IMG/VR virus record: IMGVR_UViG_3300027822_000016
Location: 1-55,299 of that record
DNA: 55,299 nt
Origin: a virus
Lineage: Duplodnaviria > Caudoviricetes
Strand: one strand, 5' to 3'
Under the pieces are notes generated by a model. The model worked only from the letters and a program-made list of their open reading frames with translations. It was not told the DNA's origin and made no database searches. Positions 19,248 to 28,293 of this stretch are shown here, in pieces. Both the position numbers and the translations under genes were made by a program. The stretch's first letter is position 1; the number at the start of each line of letters is the position of its first letter.

Positions 19248-19286
19248 GTTCAATCACAAGGACAAATGCTGTGTAAGCCGTAAATG

Positions 19287-19997
19287 TTAGCCGATGTCCC
19301 CCCAGGCAGGGGGACTGTTGTCCGTGTGCTCCTGTGGGACATGTGACTGGGAGTACGGACTTACGACTTGCATCGGAGACTCTTTCGGCTGTCTCGCAAA
19401 GGACTGTCCTCCCGTACTGTTCCCAGGGACTTCAGGGTCGACAAAAGTGCCTTCATTTGTTGGTGGACGGCCTTCAAATGGCATCTCTCCTCCCAGTGTC
19501 TCGGGGAGGTGGAACCAGTTTGATTCTTTCATTTGTTCCCAAAGCGCAAAACAGTTTTCCAGCAGGAGTTTTATTTCGTCGGATGCGTCGTCGTAGTCGG
19601 GGAGGTGGACTCCCCATGCGAGCGTGCCACGTGAAGTTTCGGCCTTTCGCAGGATACCGGCGAGAGGGGTCCACTTGTCGACACCGTCGGTGGGGACAGT
19701 TGCGTGTTTCGCTCGTAGGTCTCGGCGGATGAGTGCCTGGATGATGGACTGATTCGGCCATATTTCGCAGCTGTCCAGGTCAGGGTATGCTTTTGTCGGG
19801 TTTTTTGCGGATGTGCAGAACACGGCGTCGGCGATGACTGCATCCACTTCTTTCGTTCGTGTGGGGTCGGGGCCGAATTTGTCGGGGATGATGATGGTTT
19901 TCATGCGCCGTGGGACGAGGAAGAGAAAACGTCTGTTGTTTGGTTTTGAGACGATTGGGTCTTCCGGCCATGATGTTGCTTCGACTGCCGTAAACAT
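19287..19997 (-). CDS. Putative ssDNA-binding/recombination protein
   Basis: Follows the exonuclease; disordered Pro/Gln/acidic tail ending PPAWGDIG; positional inference. Confidence 0.4.
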   Translation of the reverse strand: MFTAVEATSWPEDPIVSKPNNRRFLFLVPRRMKTIIIPDKFGPDPTRTKEVDAVIADAVFCTSAKNPTKAYPDLDSCEIWPNQSIIQALIRRDLRAKHATVPTDGVDKWTPLAGILRKAETSRGTLAWGVHLPDYDDASDEIKLLLENCFALWEQMKESNWFHLPETLGGEMPFEGRPPTNEGTFVDPEVPGNSTGGQSFARQPKESPMQVVSPYSQSHVPQEHTDNSPPAWGDIG

Positions 19998-20043
19998 TCT
20001 TGACTTCTCTTTCTGTCTGGATATGATCCTGTAATAAACTTTA

Positions 20044-20871
20044 TTATAGACTGTTATCTGCGTTCAAGTCAATTATTTGCTTGTAAATATTCACTGCTTT
20101 CACCCCGTATCCGTAGGGCACTTTCAGCGCTTGACACGTATCTCCGCCACGAGGCAGGTGGAAAATAATACCGTACCCATCCTCCCCACAAATGATGCCC
20201 TCAGGCATCGGCTCGTACCACTCTGTTGCCGGATTGTACGTGTAATCCGCACTCGCATAGAGGTAGAGCTGGGGGGAAAAACCCTTCACCGCATACGGTG
20301 CGACACTGCCGGTTTTTATATCCGCGATGACGTGTGTGCCGTCTGCCAGTCGTAAACACATGTCATAACGTCCTGCGACATTGTATTTGGTGTTGACGAT
20401 CACTCGTTCGGTGAGTTCCACAGGGTTTTTTGATCCTGTGAGGAGGACAATCTCCTGGCGGAGTCCTTTGAGTTGTGATTGCATTCCGGGAGTGAGGGAG
20501 GCAAATTTTGCTCCGGAAAGTCTTCCTGTGATGAATTCTTCGACGATTGCGTGTACTTCTGTGCCGTAACTTGCGGCGTTATTTCCTCCACCGGTAAGGA
20601 ATGCTTTTGAGAATATGTCGTTCAGTCGGCTGTTTATTTCTTTTTTTGGGAGGTCGTGAGAGCGTACTTCGGTGATTTTGCGTGCGAAATATTCGGGGTC
20701 CAGGCTGATCCCGAGGAGGGCGATACGTTGTATCCATTCGTTGAGGGCGGGTTTGTCGAGCATGCCGCAAAAACTTGAGACTCGAAGGAGTTCGAGTTTT
20801 TGTTCAACTCCTTCGATGGGGAGAGTGACGATGTATTTGTTTTGTTTGTTGAGGTACGGTGGCCTTTTCAT
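20044..20871 (-). CDS. PD-(D/E)XK exonuclease (RecB/Cas4-like)
   Basis: GTEVH, ERVIV, AGRYD, IADIKTG, QLYLYA. Confidence 0.88.
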   Translation of the reverse strand: MKRPPYLNKQNKYIVTLPIEGVEQKLELLRVSSFCGMLDKPALNEWIQRIALLGISLDPEYFARKITEVRSHDLPKKEINSRLNDIFSKAFLTGGGNNAASYGTEVHAIVEEFITGRLSGAKFASLTPGMQSQLKGLRQEIVLLTGSKNPVELTERVIVNTKYNVAGRYDMCLRLADGTHVIADIKTGSVAPYAVKGFSPQLYLYASADYTYNPATEWYEPMPEGIICGEDGYGIIFHLPRGGDTCQALKVPYGYGVKAVNIYKQIIDLNADNSL

Positions 20872-20929
20872 TCTTCATCTCTGTTTCTTTTTGTTGACCA
20901 ACGATGTGTCTTTATTGTAACACAATGAT

Positions 20930-21289
20930 TTAGACTACGTCAATATCTTGACGCTCTCTGGCAAGTTTTTGCTTCCCCGCATACTGGACTCCCACATACA
21001 CTCTCCACCGTAAAAGCTTCTCCACATCCCAGAGAGGTGGCCTCCTCCCGTCTCTCGTGACAACTGGGAGCGGAAATGATGTCGGTTGTTGTCGAATTTG
21101 ACGTGTGCGCAGACTGTTGATTGTGTTTTGTGCCACAGGATATGGGGTGCCGTGCTCATCGAGTTTCCGCGCTATGTCTCCCAGGGCTACCAAAGAGAGG
21201 TTTGCTGTTGCGAAAACTGCGCGTCGGCTCTCTTCTTTGGCTTGATTTTCCGGGGTGTCGTACTCTTCATCCATATACATGCAATTCAC
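20930..21289 (-). CDS. Hypothetical, possibly AlpA/excisionase-like DNA-binding protein
   Basis: FPLPVV...GRRPPLWDVEKLLRWR resembles a winged-helix AlpA-type end. Confidence 0.45.
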   Translation of the reverse strand: MNCMYMDEEYDTPENQAKEESRRAVFATANLSLVALGDIARKLDEHGTPYPVAQNTINSLRTRQIRQQPTSFPLPVVTRDGRRPPLWDVEKLLRWRVYVGVQYAGKQKLARERQDIDVV

Positions 21290-21419
21290 CGCTTCACGAA
21301 AAGAAAAAGAAATCTGTTACTGCCTACAACGGTAACAGATTTCTTTTTCTTTTCGTCTTATGCGTGTCGGAGACAGGTACAGCCAGAGAGAAAAAATCCC
21401 TGGCTGTACCTGTCGTGTG

Positions 21420-21770
21420 TCATGGAGCGAGGAATTGTATTGCCGGGCACTCCTCCCCGACCTTGCGTCGTAGTCTCTCGACGTGCCTTTGATGTTGCTT
21501 GCCGTGCTTCTCACACAGGTGGATGGCAAATTCGTTCGTTTTGTCGCCGTATGGGTAGATGCAGGGCACTTCGACGGTGCTTGTTCGTGCCTTCTTGCAC
21601 TCTCCGATCGAGCATGTATCCGAGTATACCTCTCTTAGCGTGTACAATTCTGCTTCGCTTTTTATAGCCTCACAATACACCCCGAAGTGTTTTGAAAGGA
21701 TGTCGATAGATCCCGTGTCGAGGTCTCCTGTTGAGGAGAAGGCGTGAGTGAAAAATTCCCAGAATTCCAT
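21420..21770 (-). CDS. MEFWE-family zinc-binding protein, copy 2
   Basis: Paralogue of the upstream gene; CSIGEC...LCEKH. Confidence 0.75.
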   Translation of the reverse strand: MEFWEFFTHAFSSTGDLDTGSIDILSKHFGVYCEAIKSEAELYTLREVYSDTCSIGECKKARTSTVEVPCIYPYGDKTNEFAIHLCEKHGKQHQRHVERLRRKVGEECPAIQFLAP

Positions 21771-21818
21771 TTTCTTTTCTCTCTTTCTTTTTGTTTCGTG
21801 AAGTTCGCTGGACGTGTC

Positions 21819-22124
21819 TTACAGGTTTCCCAGGTGTTCCAAGCATTCGTTGTAGTGTTTGGCGCATAGAGTGGCGACAAGTTTAATTTTGGATTCTTTT
21901 TTCGAGAGTATGTGCTTCGCTTTAAAAGCGTGGTCCCCGTGGTCGACACATCCTGTGAATGCACATATGGACAAAAAAGTATTTCCAGATGTACCAAATT
22001 CTGCTTCGTGTTTTATGTGCTCCGCAGGCACCTCGAAGTACTCTGCGATGCGGCTGGCAACCGTGTCGTCAATCTCCCCCGTAGGAGGAGAAAATGTCTG
22101 GGCGAGAATTTCCCAGAATTCCAT
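21819..22124 (-). CDS. MEFWE-family zinc-binding protein, copy 1
   Basis: Likely start MEFWEIL near 22124; CAFTGC...LCAKH. Confidence 0.75.
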   Translation of the reverse strand: MEFWEILAQTFSPPTGEIDDTVASRIAEYFEVPAEHIKHEAEFGTSGNTFLSICAFTGCVDHGDHAFKAKHILSKKESKIKLVATLCAKHYNECLEHLGNL

Positions 22125-22125
22125 T

Positions 22126-22524
22126 TTATTTTTCCTCTTTCCCTGTTTTTTTGTTTGGCCGGAAATCTTGCAACAGGATGACGTAGCCTGTTGCTGGTGG
22201 CAGTGGGTGTGACCCAAAGTACATGAGCAGTTCGCTGAGATTGAGATTGAGACTCCTGGCGAGCATCTGCATGTACCACGATTTTGGGGCGCAGCGCCCG
22301 TGCACCCATGAACTCATGGCTGCTCTACTGGCCCCGGATAGATCTGCGACGTTAATACCCATGAGTCCGTAGTATTCCGTGAGTTTCGCATAGTCGATGC
22401 GGGTATTGTGTTTTTCTCCGCTGTGGGGCGGTGGGGGCAGGGTGGGTACTTTCGGCAAGAGTTTGCGGTCTTGGCCGAGAAGATTTTCTATTGCGATTTC
22501 GGGTTCTTCTTTTTGGCTGTCCAT
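22126..22524 (-). CDS. Xre-family helix-turn-helix regulator
   Basis: VADLSGASRAAMSSWVHGRCAP...LARSLNLNLSEL. Confidence 0.8.
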   Translation of the reverse strand: MDSQKEEPEIAIENLLGQDRKLLPKVPTLPPPPHSGEKHNTRIDYAKLTEYYGLMGINVADLSGASRAAMSSWVHGRCAPKSWYMQMLARSLNLNLSELLMYFGSHPLPPATGYVILLQDFRPNKKTGKEEK

Positions 22525-22639
22525 TTGTCCGTCTCTCCATTTGTTTACGACTGTATTTTATCGGGTCCAACACTTCTTGTCAACAGAAGAGAACAATAGA
22601 CTCGAAGAAAAACCCACTTTTCGTGGGTTTTTCTTCGCC

Positions 22640-22819
22640 CTACTCCCCGTCTAGCCCCCTGCACCACCTGTACCAGTCCGCGTTCCTCGACGCTTCCTCA
22701 ACACGACCAATGAACTCTTGGCGATCCTGTTCTGACATGTTTTCCAGTCTGGCTTGGGTTTTCGCTGCACGAGCGTCATATTCTTCTCTTGTCAAGATGT
22801 CGTCGTTCTCTTCTGGCAT
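22640..22819 (-). CDS. Hypothetical protein (59 aa)
   Basis: Manual translation MPEENDDILTREEYDARAAK...RGLDGE; has its own promoter, RBS and terminator. Confidence 0.75.
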   Translation of the reverse strand: MPEENDDILTREEYDARAAKTQARLENMSEQDRQEFIGRVEEASRNADWYRWCRGLDGE

Positions 22820-22899
22820 TTGGTCTGTCTCCCTATTTGCTTATGTATGTATTTTATCGGGTCCAACACTTTTTGTCAACAAAAGAGGACAACAAACAC

Positions 22900-23041
22900 A
22901 AAAAAGAGCGAGAACCTGTTGAAGAGGTTCTCGCTCAGTACGGGCAGTAAAGGCAACTCACCGCCCTAGATCCTAAATTCTGGAGTGAGGACCCTATTCA
23001 GATAGTCCTCGCCCAGCATCCAATCACTAAATTCATTACTG
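22900..23041 (-). ncRNA. Predicted small RNA A (about 140 nt)
   Basis: TGGCCG-N17-TAGAAT (extended TG) at 23048-23076; two internal hairpins; terminator 22900-22936; no credible ORF. Confidence 0.6.
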
Positions 23042-23100
23042 TCTTAAATTCTAGCACGACCTGCCCGAGACGGCCACAAAAAAAATGTTCCGGCAGACAT

Positions 23101-23166
23101 AAAAAAAGGGCAAGGACTTGTACAAGAAGTCCTTGCCCCGTGTGGAGTCAGTAAACGTATTTACTG
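23101..23166 (-). ncRNA. Predicted small RNA B (about 65 nt)
   Basis: TGGCCG-N17-TAAAAT at 23173-23201; 5' hairpin CAGTAAA-TACG-TTTACTG; terminator 23101-23138. Confidence 0.6.
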
Positions 23167-23223
23167 TCTTAAATTTTAGCACGATCTGCCAAAGACGGCC
23201 ACAAAAAATATTCCGGCGGACAT

Positions 23224-23412
23224 AAAAAAAGGGCAAGGAGCTATTGAAGAGGCCCTTGCCCTTTAAATAATCAACTCTTTGGCAGGTCTGGAGTGCATAG
23301 CTCCGCCTGCCGTCTAGAACCCTTCACAGAAAAGAGACGTACTCACGAAAGACAACGTACCTACCATGAGAAATGCAACGTATCTACTATGAAGTCGTTA
23401 ATTTCTTAACTG
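23224..23412 (-). ncRNA. Predicted small RNA C (about 190 nt)
   Basis: TGGCTA-N17-TAGAAT at 23419-23447; three internal TACGT-containing repeats; terminator 23224-23261. Confidence 0.6.
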
Positions 23413-23467
23413 TCTTAAATTCTAGCACGACCTGCCTGAAATAGCCACAAAAAATGTTCCAGCGGAC

Positions 23468-23601
23468 AAAAAAGAGCGGAGACCTATTGTGGGTAGGTCC
23501 CCGCTCGGCAAGGAATTTTTATGCAGCTAGCACTGCGCTTGCTTCCTTCTTGCAAAACACCTGGATAGACCCAATGAATCTACTCTGATGATTATTCCCT
23601 G
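23468..23601 (-). ncRNA. Predicted small RNA D (about 135 nt)
   Basis: TTGCCG-N17-TATAAT at 23608-23636; 5' CAGGGAAT can pair with ATTCCTTG; terminator 23468-23506. Confidence 0.6.
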
Positions 23602-23658
23602 TGTCGAATTATAGACCATTCTGGTCGATACGGCAATAAAAAATGTTCCCGTGAAATG

Positions 23659-23841
23659 TTATCGGGCTTTACGCTCTTTGTATTTCTCACACCACGGGGC
23701 ATGCTCCCAGTCGTGTTCTTCGTCATCCTTGTCGGATGCCGCTAGGAAAGGTCCGACTATGTATGTGGCAAAGAGCAGCTGCATGGCGTTGAGGATGAGC
23801 CACCACGACACGAATTTTATAAAGTAGAGAAGTATGGCCAT
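23659..23841 (-). CDS. Small membrane protein
   Basis: Hydrophobic N-terminus, charged tail, RBS present. Confidence 0.7.
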   Translation of the reverse strand: MAILLYFIKFVSWWLILNAMQLLFATYIVGPFLAASDKDDEEHDWEHAPWCEKYKERKAR

Positions 23842-23872
23842 AGAGTGTCCCTCTTTTGCGTATAAGGATATT

Positions 23873-24277
23873 CTACTGAACCATGTCGGAAACGATTTCG
23901 TCCATCAGTTTCTTATGTTCATTGGCCAATTCGGCGTAGTCTTTCTCCAAGCCGGTATAAAGACTTTGTAGGTCCTTTAATTTATCCTCCAACTTGACAA
24001 TTGTGTCGGCTTCTGAATCTGCTCCTCCGTACGGAAAATCGCCTTTCAGCTCATTACTTTCATCTTCAAGCCCTCGTATTTCGTGCTTCAGTTCGCTGTT
24101 TTCGGCGATAAAACCACCAATTTCGGCTTTTAGGTCGTCGTTTTCACTCCTTAACACTTCATTTTCGTACTTCAAGTCCTTGTTTTCGGCGGTCATTGAG
24201 CGGATCTTGGCCTTCATGCCTCGTGCTCTCGTGACGGGATCGTTGCTGTCGTATTCTGCGTCCCAGTACTCTGTCAT
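23873..24277 (-). CDS. Acidic coiled-coil protein
   Basis: Heptads ENKDLKY-ENEVLRS-ENDDLKA; first gene of a cassette. Confidence 0.8.
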   Translation of the reverse strand: MTEYWDAEYDSNDPVTRARGMKAKIRSMTAENKDLKYENEVLRSENDDLKAEIGGFIAENSELKHEIRGLEDESNELKGDFPYGGADSEADTIVKLEDKLKDLQSLYTGLEKDYAELANEHKKLMDEIVSDMVQ

Positions 24278-24397
24278 TGTGTGTCCTTCTCTCTTTTTGC
24301 TTATGGGTGTATTTTATCTGGTCAAACACTACTTGTCAACAAACGAGGATAATACGGCAAATAAAAAAGGAGACCCACTGGGGGTCTCCAAATACGT

Positions 24398-24625
24398 TTA
24401 CGCTCCCATCAGTTCGTCAGTGCAGAGTTTGATGAGTGCCGTTTTTTTGGCCAGCTCTTCTTCGAGCTGCTCGGCTTCCGCTTTGAATTCTTGTATTCTG
24501 TTGTTCAACGCTTCAAGGAGTTCTTCAATCTCCTCGTCGGTACCTGTTCTGTTGCTTAACTCATCCAGGAGTCCTTTTGTGTCTGAGTCTATATCTATAG
24601 TGGTACAAATGTGCTGGTCTGCCAT
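24398..24625 (-). CDS. Small acidic coiled-coil protein
   Basis: 75 aa ending just before a terminator. Confidence 0.7.
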   Translation of the reverse strand: MADQHICTTIDIDSDTKGLLDELSNRTGTDEEIEELLEALNNRIQEFKAEAEQLEEELAKKTALIKLCTDELMGA

Positions 24626-24677
24626 TACGTTTTTAAACTCCCGTTATCCCGATCCCACGTATCCGGGATCAAATTTG

Positions 24678-25304
24678 TTATACGCTTCTCGACGGGAGCA
24701 AGTCAAGAACTCTTTTCACTGCCTCAGCGAAAAGATGAGCAACAGCACCCAACTCGATGGTGTCCGCATACATAATTTCTCGTACTCTGACGAGGGGAGC
24801 TGCGTTTTCTTCCGTTGACAGAGCAGTTTCAGGGAACCAAGAAGGTCCGTCTGTATACTCCTCAACCCTCTTTGCCCACAAACTCCTCTCCCAAACACGG
24901 CAATACACCCTCTCGTGGATGGTGCCCCTTGCGCACAGTACAAGGTTTTTCGCCGCGAGCTGCCCTTCCTTTTCCTGGAGAATCTCCCTTGCATCCTGCA
25001 CAGACGCTATTTTACTATCCCGAAGAAGAAGGGTTTTTTCGTAAGATCGTTCCGCCAGTTCCTCACCGACGATCCCGATAACCCTGGAGGCATCAAAAGA
25101 TAACTCCGACAGCTTCTTCGCCTTGGACGTAAGCCAAGATTCGTATTCGACAGTTTCCTCGTAAAAAGTGCGAACCTCCTCTGGGATTGGAGCTTCTGCG
25201 GAAAAGTGTGGAGCTTTTGCGAAAAGCTCGTGTTCTATGTACAGCAGCTCGGCGAGTGCCCGAACGAGTGATGCTTTTTCTGGTTTGGCTGTCTCTGAGT
25301 CCAT
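24678..25304 (-). CDS. Hypothetical helical protein
   Basis: 208 aa directly behind a class 1 promoter/RBS. Confidence 0.8.
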   Translation of the reverse strand: MDSETAKPEKASLVRALAELLYIEHELFAKAPHFSAEAPIPEEVRTFYEETVEYESWLTSKAKKLSELSFDASRVIGIVGEELAERSYEKTLLLRDSKIASVQDAREILQEKEGQLAAKNLVLCARGTIHERVYCRVWERSLWAKRVEEYTDGPSWFPETALSTEENAAPLVRVREIMYADTIELGAVAHLFAEAVKRVLDLLPSRSV

Positions 25305-25448
25305 CGCGTGTCCCTCTCTTTGCTTCCGTCTGGAAATTTTACTACGTCAAACACTATCTGTCAACAAAGAAGAACAAGAGTAGACGAAAAAGAGACTCCC
25401 AACTGGGAGTCTCTCCACACAAAAAGTGTTCTCGCTCAAGAATACACG

Positions 25449-26999
25449 TCAATGGCATGACCGCATCGCGTGCGCGATCGAATGACGAGCAGTTGACCTG
25501 TGAGGCAAATCCGTGACAGCCAGCAGTTCCCCGTGATGGTAGAAAAACATACGTACAATGTCTTGATCGTCTTGTTTTGTAGACCGCAATGCCATTGCCA
25601 GCTCGACAGGATCAACCGATACGTCTATCGACGCTCCCCGAAGAGAAAATGGCATCCTCTGGTATTCGATCTGGAGGTCAGTCGGCACAAGACTGTATTG
25701 TACATACTGTAGTGTATGTCCTGATCGGCTGATCTCCAGGACTGGTCCACGCTCGGAACTCTCCAAAGTCAAGGACAACTTGACAGGCATTTCGTCGTCG
25801 TCAATCGTTTCCGCACGTAGCCGAGACAGCCCGTGCAACAACATTGATGCGGGGAACATGCACGAATTATACAATCCCATCCATTTGTGCAGTTCCGTCC
25901 ACTGGTCGTACTTGCCAGAGTCGTCATATTCGACTTTCCAGTCGTCTTTCGTTCCAAGATTTCTGAAAAACTTCGCCCAACCAGCCCAACCCAAATCTTC
26001 GGGGGACGGATTCGCACTCATGTAAGGATGGCCGGCTTTTAACAGTGAATCCACGGGCACAAAAGTTTTCGGACCTTCGCTCAGAAAGTTGCTGAAATTG
26101 GCGATATTCGCCAAGGCCACGATCTCGTCAAAATGCTCTGTGTCAAGATAAATCTCCCCTCCATCAGGCAATATCTCATCGATACTCCCGTAGAGAGTCA
26201 CTTTTCGTATTCGATCCGGATTTGCCACGAATAGTTCCAGCTCTGGTCCGTATGTCTGTTTGCTCTCGTCCGGCTGGTCGCGGTGGAGCCAAACAGCTTG
26301 TACCGTGTTCGGTGCATATTCCTCAGGGTTTGAGGGGTCGTACTGCACTCCTTCGATCATGCGAAGGACCTTTTTTGACATCGTTGGTGTTGCGTCCACA
26401 TCATGTACCAGCTGAGCGAGTAACCCGGATCGAAGCCCCCGGTAAGGGATGCCTGTGCGTTGTTCGCCGATCAGTTTTGGCCCGCGATACACGAGAGAGT
26501 ATGCAGGATGGGTGTCAATTCTCGACACTCGTATGGAGACATAGCCGCCCACAGCATCAGGGGCAGATGAGGCGACTGGATGGCATCCGGTCGGTACACT
26601 GCTAATGTCGACTGGAGTTTGGTAGTCCGTCTCCGGTCGACATTCCGGATGGAATGTCGCATATTTGTTGTTGTATCGCAGTACTGCAACGCCCTTTCCA
26701 CGATCGACTTTTCGCCCGCAGGAGAAGCATTCGTTCGAGGATACATTCGGTGTTGCTTCGTAGCTCAGTGAGACTTTTCGACAGCCGTTTCGGCAGAGCC
26801 ATCCGGCGGACGAAATAGTCTCTGTACTTTTATCGTGACGGTCTTCCAGGTGGAGTGAATCTGGATTGTTCCAGGCGCAGTGTTGTCGTAGGGCTTGGCC
26901 GTATCGGCAGTGTCGTCCGCAGTCGTAGCAAAAAACGTCGCGGTCGTTGACCACTGTCGAGAATAGTTGTCCAAGTTCTTCGCTGTTTTTTCGTTTCAC
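25449..26999 (-). CDS. Cys-rich N-terminus plus a domain paralogous to 30467..31438 (possibly sliding-clamp-like)
   Basis: CYDC, CRNGC, CFSC...HPEC; shares blocks with the 30467 ORF. Confidence 0.75.
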   Translation of the reverse strand: MKRKNSEELGQLFSTVVNDRDVFCYDCGRHCRYGQALRQHCAWNNPDSLHLEDRHDKSTETISSAGWLCRNGCRKVSLSYEATPNVSSNECFSCGRKVDRGKGVAVLRYNNKYATFHPECRPETDYQTPVDISSVPTGCHPVASSAPDAVGGYVSIRVSRIDTHPAYSLVYRGPKLIGEQRTGIPYRGLRSGLLAQLVHDVDATPTMSKKVLRMIEGVQYDPSNPEEYAPNTVQAVWLHRDQPDESKQTYGPELELFVANPDRIRKVTLYGSIDEILPDGGEIYLDTEHFDEIVALANIANFSNFLSEGPKTFVPVDSLLKAGHPYMSANPSPEDLGWAGWAKFFRNLGTKDDWKVEYDDSGKYDQWTELHKWMGLYNSCMFPASMLLHGLSRLRAETIDDDEMPVKLSLTLESSERGPVLEISRSGHTLQYVQYSLVPTDLQIEYQRMPFSLRGASIDVSVDPVELAMALRSTKQDDQDIVRMFFYHHGELLAVTDLPHRSTARHSIAHAMRSCH

Positions 27000-27129
27000 T
27001 GTGCGTTCCTCTCTTTGCTTCCGTCTGGAAATTTTACTACGTCAAACACTATCTGTCAACAAATGAAGATGGCAGATTCGATAGAAAAGAGACTCCCAAC
27101 TGGGAGTCTCCCCACCGACTCAAACGATT

Positions 27130-27432
27130 CTACGCATACGTAGCAAGCATCTTGTTCAATGCCTCCATGTGGTCGACATCAAGCTCCAGCAACCGAAGTT
27201 CGAGTTGATGGATCTCCAATCGGAGTTTTTCGAGATCGAGTTCCATGAGCGCAGTATCAAAAGCCTCCTCCTCATCGGCGGACATATCCACGCTCTCACT
27301 GAGAGCGACGAGCAATGCTCTTTCTTTCTTGCACTCGTAGAGACCTATTATGATGGTTTTTTTCTCCTCTTCTATCCGCTTTCGGTGAACTTCGATTTCT
27401 GCTGTTGCCGCTGCGACTTTTGTTGCAATCAT
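27130..27432 (-). CDS. Acidic coiled-coil protein
   Basis: 100 aa single-gene cassette. Confidence 0.75.
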   Translation of the reverse strand: MIATKVAAATAEIEVHRKRIEEEKKTIIIGLYECKKERALLVALSESVDMSADEEEAFDTALMELDLEKLRLEIHQLELRLLELDVDHMEALNKMLATYA

Positions 27433-27576
27433 GATGTCCTCTCTTTGCTTATATATGTAAATTTTATCGCATCAAACTGATAATGTCAACAGAAGTAGAC
27501 AGTAGCGCCAATAAAAAAGGAGACCCACCTGGGGGTCTCCACACATGGAACGAGCTGTCGTAGCTCAGGGCCACAG

Positions 27577-28140
27577 CTATGTCAAAATCATTGAAAGTAG
27601 TCCGAGTATTGACTTTGTTATGCCAATCGCCTCAGACACTTCTGCATTCAGAGTATTGGAGTATCCAACGAGAGCATCTGTGCTTTTGATCAATTTTTCT
27701 GCGATGAACTCTGACATTGGAGCTTCTTTGGAAAATGCCCCCTGTTCTTTCATAAGTTCGCGCATTTTTTGGCTGAGTTCTTCCGCTTTTCCCTGCATCA
27801 GAGGTGCAGTATTGCGAGCTTCATCCCCCAAAGAGAGGACATTATTTCTTATTTCGTCCTCTTCTGCCAAGGCCATCTCCCACAGTATCTTTCCGATTCT
27901 CTCTGTTACTCCGCCGATGTTTCGCAGTGTTTGCGACAGATATCCGGCCTCGTCGGAGAGCCACATTGTGTCGTCCATCACTCGCCCATAGGACTTCACC
28001 ATCGAATCTTGCAGTTCCATCTCCCCGGAAAGTGCTTCTTTTGTGGCGGAGAGATTCACTTTGGTAGCCAGTAGCTCGTTCCTCGTAACAAGCAGCTTAT
28101 CTATGATGTCTATAAGGTTTCTTACTTCTAGGTCGATCAT
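27577..28140 (-). CDS. WLSxExG-family helical protein 4
   Basis: WLSDEAGYL, APMS; single-gene cassette. Confidence 0.8.
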   Translation of the reverse strand: MIDLEVRNLIDIIDKLLVTRNELLATKVNLSATKEALSGEMELQDSMVKSYGRVMDDTMWLSDEAGYLSQTLRNIGGVTERIGKILWEMALAEEDEIRNNVLSLGDEARNTAPLMQGKAEELSQKMRELMKEQGAFSKEAPMSEFIAEKLIKSTDALVGYSNTLNAEVSEAIGITKSILGLLSMILT

Positions 28141-28293
28141 CCGTCCTTCTCCCTCTCTTTGCTTCTATTTGTAAATTTTACTACGTCAAACCTTATATGT
28201 CAACAAATGGAGATAGTGGCACCAATAAAAAAAGGAGACCCACCTGGGGGCCTCCACACATGGAACGAGCTGTCGTAGCTCAGGACTCTGATT

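Noticed and set aside
20044-20871. cas4 gene of a CRISPR-Cas locus
   Set aside because: Stand-alone PD-(D/E)XK exonuclease without the Fe-S cysteine cluster or other cas genes; common in phages
23051-23236. 61-aa minus-strand ORF in the sRNA array
   Set aside because: Runs through promoter repeats and a terminator and has no RBS
23038-23470. CRISPR mini-array
   Set aside because: Repeats are about 70 bp and look like promoters; intervening sequences vary widely in length and end in terminators; no cas genes present
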